From the NCBI GenBank assembly GCA_041750655.1, contig JBGSYZ010000007.1, positions 41,493 to 105,492 of the forward strand: 64,000 nt of DNA, read 5' to 3'. Both the position numbers and the translations under genes were made by a program. How positions within the stretch are numbered: position 1 is the stretch's first letter; each line of letters begins with the position of its first letter. Under the pieces are notes generated by a model. The model did not search any database and had not been told where the DNA came from. It saw only the letters and a program-made list of their open reading frames with translations. The DNA is from Minisyncoccia bacterium. Lineage in GTDB: Bacteria > Patescibacteriota > Minisyncoccia > Phycocordibacterales > UBA918. Below, in pieces: positions 39,001 through 48,769 of the stretch.

Positions 39001-39616
39001 ATTGCAACGACTGACCGACACTGGCGCGTTCAATCTTTTGTTTCCATTTTTCAGTACGGAGCCAGAGTTTGTATTCATCGAAAATTTTGAGCGCTACACT
39101 CATGGGATTGTTTTGAGCGGTGTCGATAACTAAGTCAAAATGAGATGGATGATAGGGGTTGATACCATATAGTTTTTCGTAGCGGCGTCGCTCACTGTCC
39201 ATGCGTTCGCGTATACCGTTCTCTACCTCACTGACGTCTATGGCGTATTCGGCACTTTTCATCCGGCTGTCGATATCATGAAAAATTCGAGCCGCTGCCA
39301 CATCCATATCTAAATACAAAAATACTTTAAAAGAGTCAGGAATCCAGTGGAAGCCTAAGCGAGCGTCAACAATATACTGATCCTGATTGGCGTACTTTTT
39401 AATTTCTTCATCAATCTCGCGGTCAATCCCCTCTTCATTCTCAGCAATTTTATTGAGTTGCCCAAGTGACAAACCTCGTCGTTTAGCAATTTCGCGCACC
39501 ACCGCTCCTGAATAAAACCGTTGGTAACCTAATAGCTTAGAAAGTTGTTCAGCGGTCGAGGACTTACCACTGCCCGGTCGGCCAGAAATTGTAATAATGT
39601 GTTTTTTTTGTTGCAT
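38999..39616 (-). CDS. Cytidylate kinase-like P-loop nucleotide kinase (track ORF extends to 39652)
   Basis: ITISGRPGSGKSSTAEQLSKLLGYQRFYSGAVVREIA resembles the CMP-kinase N-terminus; start probably at MQQKK. Confidence 0.55.
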   Translation of the reverse strand: MQQKKHIITISGRPGSGKSSTAEQLSKLLGYQRFYSGAVVREIAKRRGLSLGQLNKIAENEEGIDREIDEEIKKYANQDQYIVDARLGFHWIPDSFKVFLYLDMDVAAARIFHDIDSRMKSAEYAIDVSEVENGIRERMDSERRRYEKLYGINPYHPSHFDLVIDTAQNNPMSVALKIFDEYKLWLRTEKWKQKIERASVGQSLQ

Positions 39617-39677
39617 AGATTTCGTAGTGAATGAAATGATTCCGAGAAACACTTAGTGCTTGGGAATTACTTTCTAT

Positions 39678-40250
39678 CTATAATACACGCCACACATTGA
39701 ATGCGGCAATAATCTCTTGCGCCACTTCCTCAGCTTTCATGTCGCTGTTGTCTATTACTAAATCAAATTGGGATACGTCGTACACGTTAATCCCATAATG
39801 TTTCATGTAGCGTAGTTTGTGGTTCTCAATACGTTTCTTGGTACGCTCTAAAGCTTCTTCGTAACTAGCCATACTATCACCACTTTTTACTCTGATGGAT
39901 GCGTTGCGATCCTCGTAGATGCGTTTGGCAGAGGTTTCAATGGGAATCATCAAAAACACCTTAAAGCCACTCGGAATGAAATGAAAACCAATATGAGCGT
40001 CAACTACATATTCGTTTTCCTCTTTTTCTATGCGTTTTTGTTCTTCATCAATCAGATGGTCCAATTCCTCACCTTCCTTTGCAATATACTCATTCAGCTC
40101 CTCCAAAGTCATACCTCGTTCTTGAGCTAATTGGCGGCTAAAATCACCGGCTGAGAAAGATTTGTAACCTAATTTCTCAGCTAGTATTTTTCGGACAGTA
40201 GACTTTCCGCTCCCAGGGTAGCCGCCGATGACAATAATGTCTTTCTTCAT
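39678..40250 (-). CDS. Second cytidylate kinase-like paralogue
   Basis: IIVIGGYPGSGKSTVRKILAEKLGYKSFSAGDFSRQLA; paralogous to 38999..39616. Confidence 0.55.
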   Translation of the reverse strand: MKKDIIVIGGYPGSGKSTVRKILAEKLGYKSFSAGDFSRQLAQERGMTLEELNEYIAKEGEELDHLIDEEQKRIEKEENEYVVDAHIGFHFIPSGFKVFLMIPIETSAKRIYEDRNASIRVKSGDSMASYEEALERTKKRIENHKLRYMKHYGINVYDVSQFDLVIDNSDMKAEEVAQEIIAAFNVWRVL

Positions 40251-40324
40251 GCTGCCTAGAATACCATATTGACATTGGAGTTTTGGCTTGTATTTTCGCG
40301 TAAGTTACGTACACTTAACTCGAT

Positions 40325-40921
40325 ATGCATCCAAAAACTGTTATATTTATTGGTCCACAGGGTAGTGGAAAAGGTACACAAATCGCCAAGCTTAAAGAGG
40401 TCTTAGAAACCAAAGATACCGGACGAAGAGTAGTCGATATCCAGACTGGTCGGCGTTTCCGAGCGCTGGCCGCCAAGCAAGAAACCTTTGCGGAGGAAAA
40501 AGTGGCCGCTACACTCGACTCCGGAGTTCTTCAGCCAGATTTCTTAGTAGCAGTCTTGTGGGGACAAGCGATGATCGATCAGCTCGACGATAAGAGTCAT
40601 CTGCTCATCGACGGTTTCCCGCGCACAGTAGCGCAGGTGGCTGATCTAGAAGATGCGTTTAAATTTTTTGAACGAACCCAGATTGAAATAATAAATCTTG
40701 AGACTCCTGAAGCAGTAGTCCGAGATCGAATGTATAGCCGCGCTCGCGTAGATGACACCGATGCATCGATTGAAGAACGATTACGTTGGTATCGAGAAGA
40801 TACGTTGCCGGTCGTGGAATATTTCCGCCACCGTCAAAATACTATTGTGCATGATGTGGATGGTACTAGCACCATCGAAGTGGTGCATGCCGATATTTTG
40901 ACTGCTTTGCAACTTACATAA
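40325..40921 (+). CDS. adk: Adenylate kinase
   Basis: GPQGSGKGTQ P-loop, IDGFPRT motif. Confidence 0.85.
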   Translation: MHPKTVIFIGPQGSGKGTQIAKLKEVLETKDTGRRVVDIQTGRRFRALAAKQETFAEEKVAATLDSGVLQPDFLVAVLWGQAMIDQLDDKSHLLIDGFPRTVAQVADLEDAFKFFERTQIEIINLETPEAVVRDRMYSRARVDDTDASIEERLRWYREDTLPVVEYFRHRQNTIVHDVDGTSTIEVVHADILTALQLT

Positions 40922-41697
40922 TGATTACTAAAAAAACACACGAAGAGATATTGGTCCTGCGCGAAGCGGGGGGTATCTTGGCAACCATCCTAGATAAGTT
41001 GGCGAGTGAAGCCAAGCCCGGGGTCAGTACCGAACACCTCAATGACGTAGCCATTAAAATGTGCGAAGAGTATGAAGTTGAGCCAGTGTTGCTCGGTTAT
41101 CACCCGAGTTTTGCGCCTGCTCCATACCCGGCAGCGGTCTGTACCTCAGTCAATGATGTCGTACAGCACGGTATTCCCTTGGAGGATGAGATTTTAGTGG
41201 AAGGGGACATTATTAATATTGATATGTCGATAGGCCTAAAAGGTCTGGTTGTAGATTCTGGTATTACGGTGCCGGTTGGGAAAGTCGATGGCCGAGCAAC
41301 CGAATTGATAAGTGTTACTAAAGGTGCTCTTTTGGCGGCTATCGAAGTTGCTAAGCCCGGTAATCATATTGGCGATATTAGCGCCACAATCCAACAATAC
41401 GTGGAAAGTCGTGGCTTTGGCCCGGTAGCGGCTCTCTGCGGCCACGGGGTGGGTTATGGTGTCCATGAAGAGCCGCAGATACCCAATGTCGGCAAGAAAG
41501 GTACCGGGCCTTTGATAGAGGTGGGTCACGTGTACGCCATTGAGCCAATTGTGAACGAAGGCAGCGGGGAAGTGATTTTTGATGATGAAGGTGATGGCTA
41601 CCGAGTGTTTTCCGAAGACGGGTCCCGTAGCGCCCATTTTGAGCACACGGTCGTGATTACTGAAGCTGGGGCGGAAGTGCTAACGACTAAAAATTAA
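40921..41697 (+). CDS. map: Type I methionine aminopeptidase
   Basis: Start overlaps the adk stop (TAATG); GHGVGYGVHEEPQIPN metal-site region. Confidence 0.9.
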   Translation: MITKKTHEEILVLREAGGILATILDKLASEAKPGVSTEHLNDVAIKMCEEYEVEPVLLGYHPSFAPAPYPAAVCTSVNDVVQHGIPLEDEILVEGDIINIDMSIGLKGLVVDSGITVPVGKVDGRATELISVTKGALLAAIEVAKPGNHIGDISATIQQYVESRGFGPVAALCGHGVGYGVHEEPQIPNVGKKGTGPLIEVGHVYAIEPIVNEGSGEVIFDDEGDGYRVFSEDGSRSAHFEHTVVITEAGAEVLTTKN

Positions 41698-41726
41698 GCT
41701 TTAAATAAATTTAAAAACCTGTATAG

Positions 41727-42086
41727 TTGCTGGGGATTTGTCTATATGAGGAAATGGTAATGCCACTATATGAATCACCAGCTTTGATACTGGCTGGTTT
41801 TGGAGACGAAAAAACATGGCGCAAAGATTGGCGCCTTTGGAATCATTATCATGTGTGCCATATTGTTAGAAGTATTGAGTATACTAAGGGGAAACTTCCG
41901 ACTAGTGAGAGATTCGCTTTGGCTAAAAAATACTTTAAGGCTGTTGCTGAACACAATTTCGGCACCTCAAGTTATATAGTATACATGAATCAAAAAAGGG
42001 CGGCATTTAAGGCGTTAAGAGAAAGTTTAAACTCAACACCAGATTTCATGATCGGTGAAACTCCCCTGTTCAAGGTCTATGATTGA
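41727..42086 (+). CDS. Hypothetical protein
   Basis: 119-aa ORF. Confidence 0.35.
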   Translation: MLGICLYEEMVMPLYESPALILAGFGDEKTWRKDWRLWNHYHVCHIVRSIEYTKGKLPTSERFALAKKYFKAVAEHNFGTSSYIVYMNQKRAAFKALRESLNSTPDFMIGETPLFKVYD

Positions 42087-42201
42087 AAAAGATCCGCGAC
42101 GAAAGTCGCGGGCCTTTCTTTTTTTACCCAGTACGCTATACTGCCTCACGAATTACTGGAGGTAATCACTCTTTTGTTTATAAATAATTTTTAATATTTT
42201 T

Positions 42202-42816
42202 ATGTCAAAACTACCACACCAAGAACGGACCTTTGTTATGTTTAAGCCTGATACAGTGCAGCGCAGTCTAATTGGTGAAATCATCAAGCGCTTTGAAGCG
42301 ACTGGTCTAAAGTGTACCGCTATGAAGATGTTTATGGCGGACGAGGAGCGTCTTTTCAAACACTACAACAAAGATGAGGCGTGGTTTATGAAGAAAGGGA
42401 CTGGTATTGTGGAGAACCTCAAAGCTCAAGGCTTGCCAGTTGAGAAAGAAGCGCTTGAGTACGGCAAGGATATCATTCGAGCCAACGCCACATTCATGAT
42501 GTCAGCACCAGTGGTAGCGATGGTGTGGGAAGGTAACCAGGCCGCAGCGGTCATCAAAAAGATTGTCGGTTCGACCGAACCGGCTACTTCAGATGTAGGG
42601 ACTGTGCGCGGTGATTATACAGTCGACTCTTACTCACATGCGGCGGTTGAAGATCGCGCGGTGCGCAATCTCATCCACTGTACTGACCCAGAAGATGGTC
42701 CAGATGAAGCGGAGCGTGAGATTGCTCTCTGGATGAAAGAAGATGAAGTGATGAATTATGTGACGGCTCAAGAACGGATTATGTACGACGTTAATTTCGA
42801 CGGCACCCCTGAATAA
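42202..42816 (+). CDS. ndk: Nucleoside diphosphate kinase (extended form)
   Basis: ERTFVMFKPDTVQRSLIGEII...NLIHCTDPED (active-site His region). Confidence 0.7.
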   Translation: MSKLPHQERTFVMFKPDTVQRSLIGEIIKRFEATGLKCTAMKMFMADEERLFKHYNKDEAWFMKKGTGIVENLKAQGLPVEKEALEYGKDIIRANATFMMSAPVVAMVWEGNQAAAVIKKIVGSTEPATSDVGTVRGDYTVDSYSHAAVEDRAVRNLIHCTDPEDGPDEAEREIALWMKEDEVMNYVTAQERIMYDVNFDGTPE

Positions 42817-43191
42817 TCCAAAATGAATTTCTAACTTCGTTGTACTACAAAAAAAGATTCTCGCTGGGCTTCAGCCCCACTTGTGTCTTTTTTCTTGTAC
42901 GCCTCGTTAGAAAATCATTTTCAGCTATTCAGAATTTGGAGTTAAAGAAAGACTGGTGAAAAAATAATTTAGTGTTCTGGTTATGAAGAGTGTGAACGAG
43001 CCGCAGCTTTGCTGCGGCTCGTTTGCTATAATTGACTATGGAACCACTATTCGTATGTTCCGGAATACATGTGCTCAGGGCTGCCTGTAGTCGCGAGGCG
43101 TAATGAGAACTGGCAACAGATTTCAGACACAAATCGGAAAGGGTGCCCACCTGATATTTAATAGTCAGGAGCATGCGTTTGTGGTTCCTTC

Positions 43192-43222
43192 GAAAAAACC
43201 GCTTTCGGGCGGTTTTTTCGTT
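43192..43222 (+). terminator. Rho-independent terminator/attenuator just before the 43250 gene
   Basis: A6-CCGCTTTCGGGCGG-T6. Confidence 0.7.
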
Positions 43223-43249
43223 GTTTGCTTATCGTGATACAATTTTCCA

Positions 43250-43630
43250 ATGCTTAAGACTAATACGCTACTTTTCTTGATAGCCGCCTCAATTTTAGCT
43301 GTCGTTCATTATATTTCTTTAGAGTTGTATCTCTATTGGCGTTATCTATGGTTAGACATACCAGTACATTTTTTAGGAGGAGCTGTCGCTGCTCTTGGAG
43401 CGTATGCGTTTTTTGACCTTAGGCTACCACTAGCCAAACACATTGTCGGTGAGTGGTGGCGGACTATGTTGTTTGTGGTATTAATTATGATTGCATGGGA
43501 GTTATTTGAGTTATGGTCAGGAATGCCGATTCAAGATAGCTATGCCCGCGACACAGCTTCAGATTTAGTGAATGGTTTTATCGGGGGTTTATTTGGTTAT
43601 TTTATTGCTAAGCGTATGCGCACACTATAA
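43250..43630 (+). CDS. Small 4-TM membrane protein, possibly VanZ-like
   Basis: RDTASDLVNGFIGGLFGY resembles the VanZ-like D-x-DD/N-x-G C-terminal motif. Confidence 0.35.
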   Translation: MLKTNTLLFLIAASILAVVHYISLELYLYWRYLWLDIPVHFLGGAVAALGAYAFFDLRLPLAKHIVGEWWRTMLFVVLIMIAWELFELWSGMPIQDSYARDTASDLVNGFIGGLFGYFIAKRMRTL

Positions 43631-43633
43631 TGT

Positions 43634-44992
43634 ATGTCAGTACTTGGATTTTACGGTGGAGTAGGAAGTGTAACCGGAGCAAATTTTTTGTTAGATACCG
43701 GTAACGCCGCTTTTTTAGTTGATTGCGGTTTGATTCAAGGTGACCGCTTCGCACAAGAAGCTAACGCTGATCCGTTTATTTATAATCCAGCTGATATCGA
43801 TGTGTTAATGGTCACTCACGCTCACGCCGACCATATTGGCCGTATCGGTAAGCTCATCAAGGATGGCTTTACCGGCACTATCTATTCCACTCCTCCGACA
43901 AAAGATTTGGCTAATGTCATGTTACGAGACGCTATAAAAGTTATGCGTTTTGAGGAAGAAAAGTACGGCACAGAAGTATTGTATGAAGAGTCAGATATTG
44001 ATGAAGCCTTGCGCCACTGGAAAACCGCTCCGTACAATCAACCAATTGAAATGCCTGACGATGTTATCGCTACCTTCACTGATGCTGGACACATTCTTGG
44101 CTCGGCGATGGTGCATTTTGAGCGTAATGGCAAGCACATTGTCTTTACTGGTGACATTGGCAATGTGCCTCAACCACTTCTTAACCCACCGGTTCCACCC
44201 ACCAACTATCAATATTTAGTGATGGAAAGTGTGTATGGTGATCGCACTCATGAAGAGGTAAAGGAGCGAACTGATTTACTGCGTTTTTATATTGAAGATA
44301 CAATTAAAAAAGGAGGGACACTGCTTATTCCTGCTTTTTCACTCGAACGTACTCAGGGAATGTTGTATGAAATAAATAATCTGGTTGAGGAGGCGGGAAT
44401 GGCACCAGTACCGGTTTTTCTTGATTCTCCCCTAGCTATCAGCGTAACTGGTATTTACAAGGAACACCATGAATATTTAAAGGATTCAGTCCGTAAAGAA
44501 ATTGAAAGTGGCGATGATATTTTTTACTTTCCAAAGCTCGAGTTTACTAACACTCGCAAAGATTCCGAAGAGATACACGAAGAAAAAGGTCCTAAAGTTA
44601 TTATTGCTGGTAGTGGCATGAGCCACGGAGGTAGGATTTTAGGTCACGAAAAACGATACCTCGAAGATAAAAATAGCACGCTGCTTCTTGTTGGTTATCA
44701 GGCAGTGGGAAGTATTGGTCGACTCCTCAACGATGGCGCCAAGAAAGTGACAATCGATAATGTCGAAGTAAAAGTAAAAGCTCGAGTAGCGCGCATTCGT
44801 GGGTATTCCGGGCACGCTGATCGCGACCAGCTGGTAGAGATAGTGGCTGCTGGTGGCGAGAATGCCAAGCAGGTATTTGTGACCATGGGTGAAGAACGGT
44901 CCTCACTTTTTTTGGTGCAACGATTACGCGATTATTTAGGAGTAAATGCGGTGGCACCGGAGCAAGACCAGGAAGTAGAAATCGACTTCTGA
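43634..44992 (+). CDS. MBL-fold beta-CASP family ribonuclease-like hydrolase
   Basis: VTHAHADHIG zinc motif; C-terminal GYSGHAD (beta-CASP motif C). Confidence 0.6.
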   Translation: MSVLGFYGGVGSVTGANFLLDTGNAAFLVDCGLIQGDRFAQEANADPFIYNPADIDVLMVTHAHADHIGRIGKLIKDGFTGTIYSTPPTKDLANVMLRDAIKVMRFEEEKYGTEVLYEESDIDEALRHWKTAPYNQPIEMPDDVIATFTDAGHILGSAMVHFERNGKHIVFTGDIGNVPQPLLNPPVPPTNYQYLVMESVYGDRTHEEVKERTDLLRFYIEDTIKKGGTLLIPAFSLERTQGMLYEINNLVEEAGMAPVPVFLDSPLAISVTGIYKEHHEYLKDSVRKEIESGDDIFYFPKLEFTNTRKDSEEIHEEKGPKVIIAGSGMSHGGRILGHEKRYLEDKNSTLLLVGYQAVGSIGRLLNDGAKKVTIDNVEVKVKARVARIRGYSGHADRDQLVEIVAAGGENAKQVFVTMGEERSSLFLVQRLRDYLGVNAVAPEQDQEVEIDF

Positions 44993-45144
44993 CCAAAAAA
45001 CAATGAGCGCAAGCGATTGTGTTTTTAGGTCGTTCCGTTAGGCATTTTCATCCCAAAAAATGACTAGGAACACTGCAGTTTATAGTTTAGTCAAATCTAT
45101 TTCTTTGTTCGCTGCACGTCTGCTGCAATCTGAAAATTTTAAAT

Positions 45145-45182
45145 AAAAAAGAGCGGCGCCAAAGGCGCTGCTCTTTTTGTTT
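45145..45182. terminator. Bidirectional rho-independent terminator
   Basis: A7-GAGCGGCGCC-AAA-GGCGCTGCTC-T5. Confidence 0.75.
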
Positions 45183-45193
45183 TTACCAGTAGC

Positions 45194-45541
45194 TTACTTA
45201 GCGGCCACCTCTAGAAATCTAGTGAAAGCGGCTGGTCGATCTTTGGCCATAGTGGCCATAATTTTGCGATCAACTTTAATTTCTTTGTCAGCTAATTGTT
45301 TGATGAATTGGCTGTACTTCATGCCGTTGTTCTTCAGAACAGCATTGATGCGAGTAATCCAAAGTTTTCGGAAGTCATTCTTCTTTTTCTTTCGATGGTC
45401 GAATGAGTACAAGCTAGCATGAAAGATCGCCTCGCGAGCCACTCGCTTCTTCTTAGAGCGGTCAAAGCGGTAACCTTTTGTTTCCTCAAGAATATTCTTT
45501 CGGCGTTTATTAGCGGTAACGCCTCCTTTTACACGTGCCAT
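45194..45541 (-). CDS. rplT: 50S ribosomal protein L20
   Basis: MARVKGGVTANKRRKNILE...; similarity. Confidence 0.9.
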   Translation of the reverse strand: MARVKGGVTANKRRKNILEETKGYRFDRSKKKRVAREAIFHASLYSFDHRKKKKNDFRKLWITRINAVLKNNGMKYSQFIKQLADKEIKVDRKIMATMAKDRPAAFTRFLEVAAK

Positions 45542-45565
45542 AGATTAGGAATTAATTAGTAATAG

Positions 45566-45757
45566 TTACGCGCCTGTCTTTGGAAGAAAGCGGCGAGTAA
45601 TTCTTTTTGAAAGAGTCAAAGTTTGAGTGCGTTTTCGGGCTTGTCGCTGTGTACCTGATTGCTTAGCATTAAAGTGGTTCTGACCCGGTTTTCGTGCCAC
45701 CAACTTGCCGTTCTTGGTCACTTTTATTCGTTTGCTGTACGACTTGTTTGTTTTCAT
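45566..45757 (-). CDS. rpmI: 50S ribosomal protein L35
   Basis: MKTNKSYSKRIKVTKNGKLVARK...; similarity. Confidence 0.85.
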   Translation of the reverse strand: MKTNKSYSKRIKVTKNGKLVARKPGQNHFNAKQSGTQRQARKRTQTLTLSKRITRRFLPKTGA

Positions 45758-45911
45758 AGTAAATTTTGTGTTTTTTGATCGGGCTGTGCTATTGGGTGAG
45801 AAAGCCTGGGAGGCTTTCGCAGGGGTTGCCAGCTATTTTTAAGAAGAAAATAGCGTCAGCCCAAATAAGCAAAGTGGGCAAAATATAACGTATTTAGTGT
45901 TAAAAGTAAAG

Positions 45912-46568
45912 CTATATCATCCCGCTTTCTAGTAGTTCATCCAAGCTCTTTTTCTTAGACTTCTCTTTAGTAGTATCGGCTTTCTTAGCAGATTTTTTTT
46001 CTGCTTCAGCTGGGTCTTCTTTGAGTTTGCCAGCCTTCACCGCCTTACCTTCGCGCTCAATAGTGGTTGTCCAGCCTTTAGGGCTTTTTTTGATCGGGTC
46101 AGCCAATTTGTATTCAGCCGGGATGATCTTCAGAAATCGTTCTAGTCGTTCTTTGAGAAAAGCTTCTTCCATGTACTTATACCGTCCCCAAAGAAAGAGG
46201 TCGACTTTCACCCTGTGACCTTCTTGTAGCCACTCAGCTGCTCGTTTAGCCTTAAGTTGTTGGTCATGCTCTCCAGTACCAATCTTTACCTGCACACTCT
46301 TTGTTTCAGTGACGTGACTCTTAGCCTTCACTTCGCTGGCTTTACGCTTTGTTTCATAGCGATATTGTCCGAAGTCCATAATTTTAGCTACCGGTGGTTT
46401 AGCTCCTGGAGAAATCTCAATTAAATCCAAGTTAGCATCATCAGCCGCCTTAAGAGCTTCATCACGTGAAAGAACGCCAAGGTTTTCCCCTTGGGCTCCA
46501 ATTACGCGCAATTCTTTAGCACGGATAGCTTGATTAATTTTGGTTCGAGTATCTTTTCGCGGTGGCAA
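45912..46568 (-). CDS. infC: Translation initiation factor IF-3 (Lys-rich C-terminal tail)
   Basis: IF-3 N- and C-domain similarity; track start is TTG; an in-frame ATT lies 2 codons upstream (46572-46574). Confidence 0.85.
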   Translation of the reverse strand: MPPRKDTRTKINQAIRAKELRVIGAQGENLGVLSRDEALKAADDANLDLIEISPGAKPPVAKIMDFGQYRYETKRKASEVKAKSHVTETKSVQVKIGTGEHDQQLKAKRAAEWLQEGHRVKVDLFLWGRYKYMEEAFLKERLERFLKIIPAEYKLADPIKKSPKGWTTTIEREGKAVKAGKLKEDPAEAEKKSAKKADTTKEKSKKKSLDELLESGMI

Positions 46569-46748
46569 AGTAATGGGTCTTAATGAATAATTCGCTTAGC
46601 TCTTTCAAATGTTAGTTGTAGAGTTGTATCGCAATATTTATGGGGAACTATACTATAAAAACGAGTAATTGCAACGAATAGTATTTGAATTTATGTTTGT
46701 TTATGATAATCTCCGTCTTGGATGCAGAGTCATTTTAGGAGATGTTAA

Positions 46749-47312
46749 ATGGGTGCCAAGGATTGGACCGAGGAAAAAATCTCTAAATTACAAGAAATGT
46801 GGCTGAACGGAAAGCCCGCTCGGTACATTGCTTCAGAGCTAGGTGCTCCTATTACTCGAAATGCAGTAATAAGTAAAGTAATGGCTCTTGGTATTTATGA
46901 AAAAAGAAGGAGTACCTGTCACTCTCTTTCAGTAAAGCGTGCACCAACTCAAAGACTTGGTGGTCTTAGACCTAAACCAAGGTCTAAAAAAACAAGGTGC
47001 AAAAAAGACCAAGACAAGCCAGACTGTAAAGTGTTGAGGACAGGTCAATTGCTGAATAAGTCTGGTTGGTTAGATGATGATGCGGTTAAACATCGAGTTC
47101 AACAGCTTGAAGGAGAAGCCCTCAAGATACCAGTTGAGAAAAGGTGTGGTGTCATGGATTTGACTGATAACACCTGTCGTTGGTCAATTGGAGACCCAGC
47201 GTCTGAAGAATATTTTTTCTGTGGTAAACCAGTTTGTAAAAAAGCTAATGGAGCACGTTCACCGTACTGTGCCGACCACACAGAAACTGCGTATCATCCC
47301 CAGAAGGTATAG
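46749..47312 (+). CDS. GcrA-like cell-cycle regulator family protein
   Basis: N-terminal WTEEKISKLQEMWLNGKPARYIASELGAPITRNAVISKVMALGI; C-terminal CRWSIGDP...FCG...YC..H matches the GcrA C-terminal domain. Confidence 0.6.
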   Translation: MGAKDWTEEKISKLQEMWLNGKPARYIASELGAPITRNAVISKVMALGIYEKRRSTCHSLSVKRAPTQRLGGLRPKPRSKKTRCKKDQDKPDCKVLRTGQLLNKSGWLDDDAVKHRVQQLEGEALKIPVEKRCGVMDLTDNTCRWSIGDPASEEYFFCGKPVCKKANGARSPYCADHTETAYHPQKV

Positions 47313-47352
47313 ACGTAGTAAAATTGGTAAAATAACGATGTATCGTAGTATG

Positions 47353-47387
47353 AAAAAAGGCGGGCCGACAGGCCCGCCATTTTTATT
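47353..47387. terminator. Bidirectional rho-independent terminator
   Basis: A6-GGCGGGCC-GACA-GGCCCGCC-ATTTTTATT. Confidence 0.75.
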
Positions 47388-48195
47388 CTAGATTTACTTT
47401 TGGTTTCCAGAGAATAAAGTAACTAGTTTTCTTTTGGTACTCTCGATATTCGTCACCATATTTTTCAATAAATATGTTTTCCAGCATCGGGCCAGTAATT
47501 CTGGTTACGATGTAGGTTATTAGCAAAGGAGAAACAAGTCCAACATAGCCATAGGCAAACGGCACCACCATGACAGCCAAACCCCACCACATAAGTGTTT
47601 CGCCAAAATAATTTGGTCGGCGGCTGTATTTAAACAAACCAGTGGTCATGAGATTGGCTTTTTCTAGGCCACTTTTTTTTGCGGCAATAAATTTATCTAG
47701 CTGCCAATCAGCAGTTGTTTCAATGGCAAAACCTACCAACCAAATAATGCATCCACCAATAATAAATCGTATATCAAATGAAAAGGGATTTGCAATCGCC
47801 AGAACAATCGGTAGTGATACTAAAGTAATGATTATTCCTTGTAGTAGGAATACTTGTGCGTAGCTACGAAAAATAAAATACAACATGCCGTTACTCTGCC
47901 ACGCCACCCGCCAGGCGGCATAACGAGCGTCTTCTGGTTGCCCATAATTTTTATGAAATATGCGTAAACAGAGACGGGCTGACCACACGGCAATGAGAGT
48001 ACTTACTATAGTCGGTACTAATCCAAACGCACCGGTTAAGTACACCGTAGTAACGGTGGCAACAAGATAAATCGGACCATAGGCAATATCCATAATACTA
48101 TTGTCTTCACGAGCTATTGCTACAAGAAAAACCGTAGTAACTGAAATAAGCACTACAAAAAAATAAATACCTAAAGTTGTAAGAGCTATCGACAT
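47383..48195 (-). CDS. DUF1295 / steroid-5-alpha-reductase-ICMT-like membrane protein
   Basis: Polytopic; YSRRPNYFGE and C-terminal LENIFIEKYGDEYREY motifs. Confidence 0.55.
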   Translation of the reverse strand: MSIALTTLGIYFFVVLISVTTVFLVAIAREDNSIMDIAYGPIYLVATVTTVYLTGAFGLVPTIVSTLIAVWSARLCLRIFHKNYGQPEDARYAAWRVAWQSNGMLYFIFRSYAQVFLLQGIIITLVSLPIVLAIANPFSFDIRFIIGGCIIWLVGFAIETTADWQLDKFIAAKKSGLEKANLMTTGLFKYSRRPNYFGETLMWWGLAVMVVPFAYGYVGLVSPLLITYIVTRITGPMLENIFIEKYGDEYREYQKKTSYFILWKPKVNLE

Positions 48196-48239
48196 ACGTT
48201 GTAGCTTATATAATAGCAGATGCTACAATATTCTTACGT

Positions 48240-48764
48240 ATGGCCGATGAACCTGTCAAAAAAACCGTAAAGAAACAAACCCGTAAAACCACTACTAAGA
48301 AAGTAGTGGGTAAAGCTGTTACTCCAACAGCAACCAAGGTGGTAACTCCAAAAGCAACCAAGAAAGGTTTGTCATTAAAATTTGTTCTATTTACCATTCT
48401 GGTTTTATTCTTGGCGTCCGGAGGAGCTTTTTACGTAGGGTATTCAGCTGATGGTGCTATTGATGTTAACGAAAAGTTATCAGATGGTTCGACGATGGTT
48501 GAAGGAGCTCAAAATTCAGAAGGAGCCAGCAACACCAATCCACCTCCGTTAAAAGAAAGACCCAAACTTGAACCAGCTAGTGTCGAAACACCAGCGCCAA
48601 CTCCTGAGCCAGAGGTTGAAGGGGTAGCTACCAGTAGTAACGAATCAGCCGAAATCAATGAAGGAGAGAGTAAGGTAGAAAGCGAAACTACAGCACCTGA
48701 AGATGAAGGTGTTATTTCTACCGACGAAGCAGTAGATCCTGCTGAAGAAACACCAACAGAGTAG
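48240..48764 (+). CDS. Lys-rich N-terminus / single TM / acidic C-terminal tail protein (hypothetical)
   Basis: KKxxKK-rich N-terminus, TM helix LKFVLFTILVLFLASGGAFYV, Glu/Thr/Pro-rich tail. Confidence 0.4.
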   Translation: MADEPVKKTVKKQTRKTTTKKVVGKAVTPTATKVVTPKATKKGLSLKFVLFTILVLFLASGGAFYVGYSADGAIDVNEKLSDGSTMVEGAQNSEGASNTNPPPLKERPKLEPASVETPAPTPEPEVEGVATSSNESAEINEGESKVESETTAPEDEGVISTDEAVDPAEETPTE

Positions 48765-48769
48765 GGGGC

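Noticed and set aside
42929-43174. 81-aa minus-strand ORF in the ndk-downstream intergenic region
   Set aside because: It lies across two hairpin terminators and has no RBS; the region is more plausibly a structured untranslated RNA.
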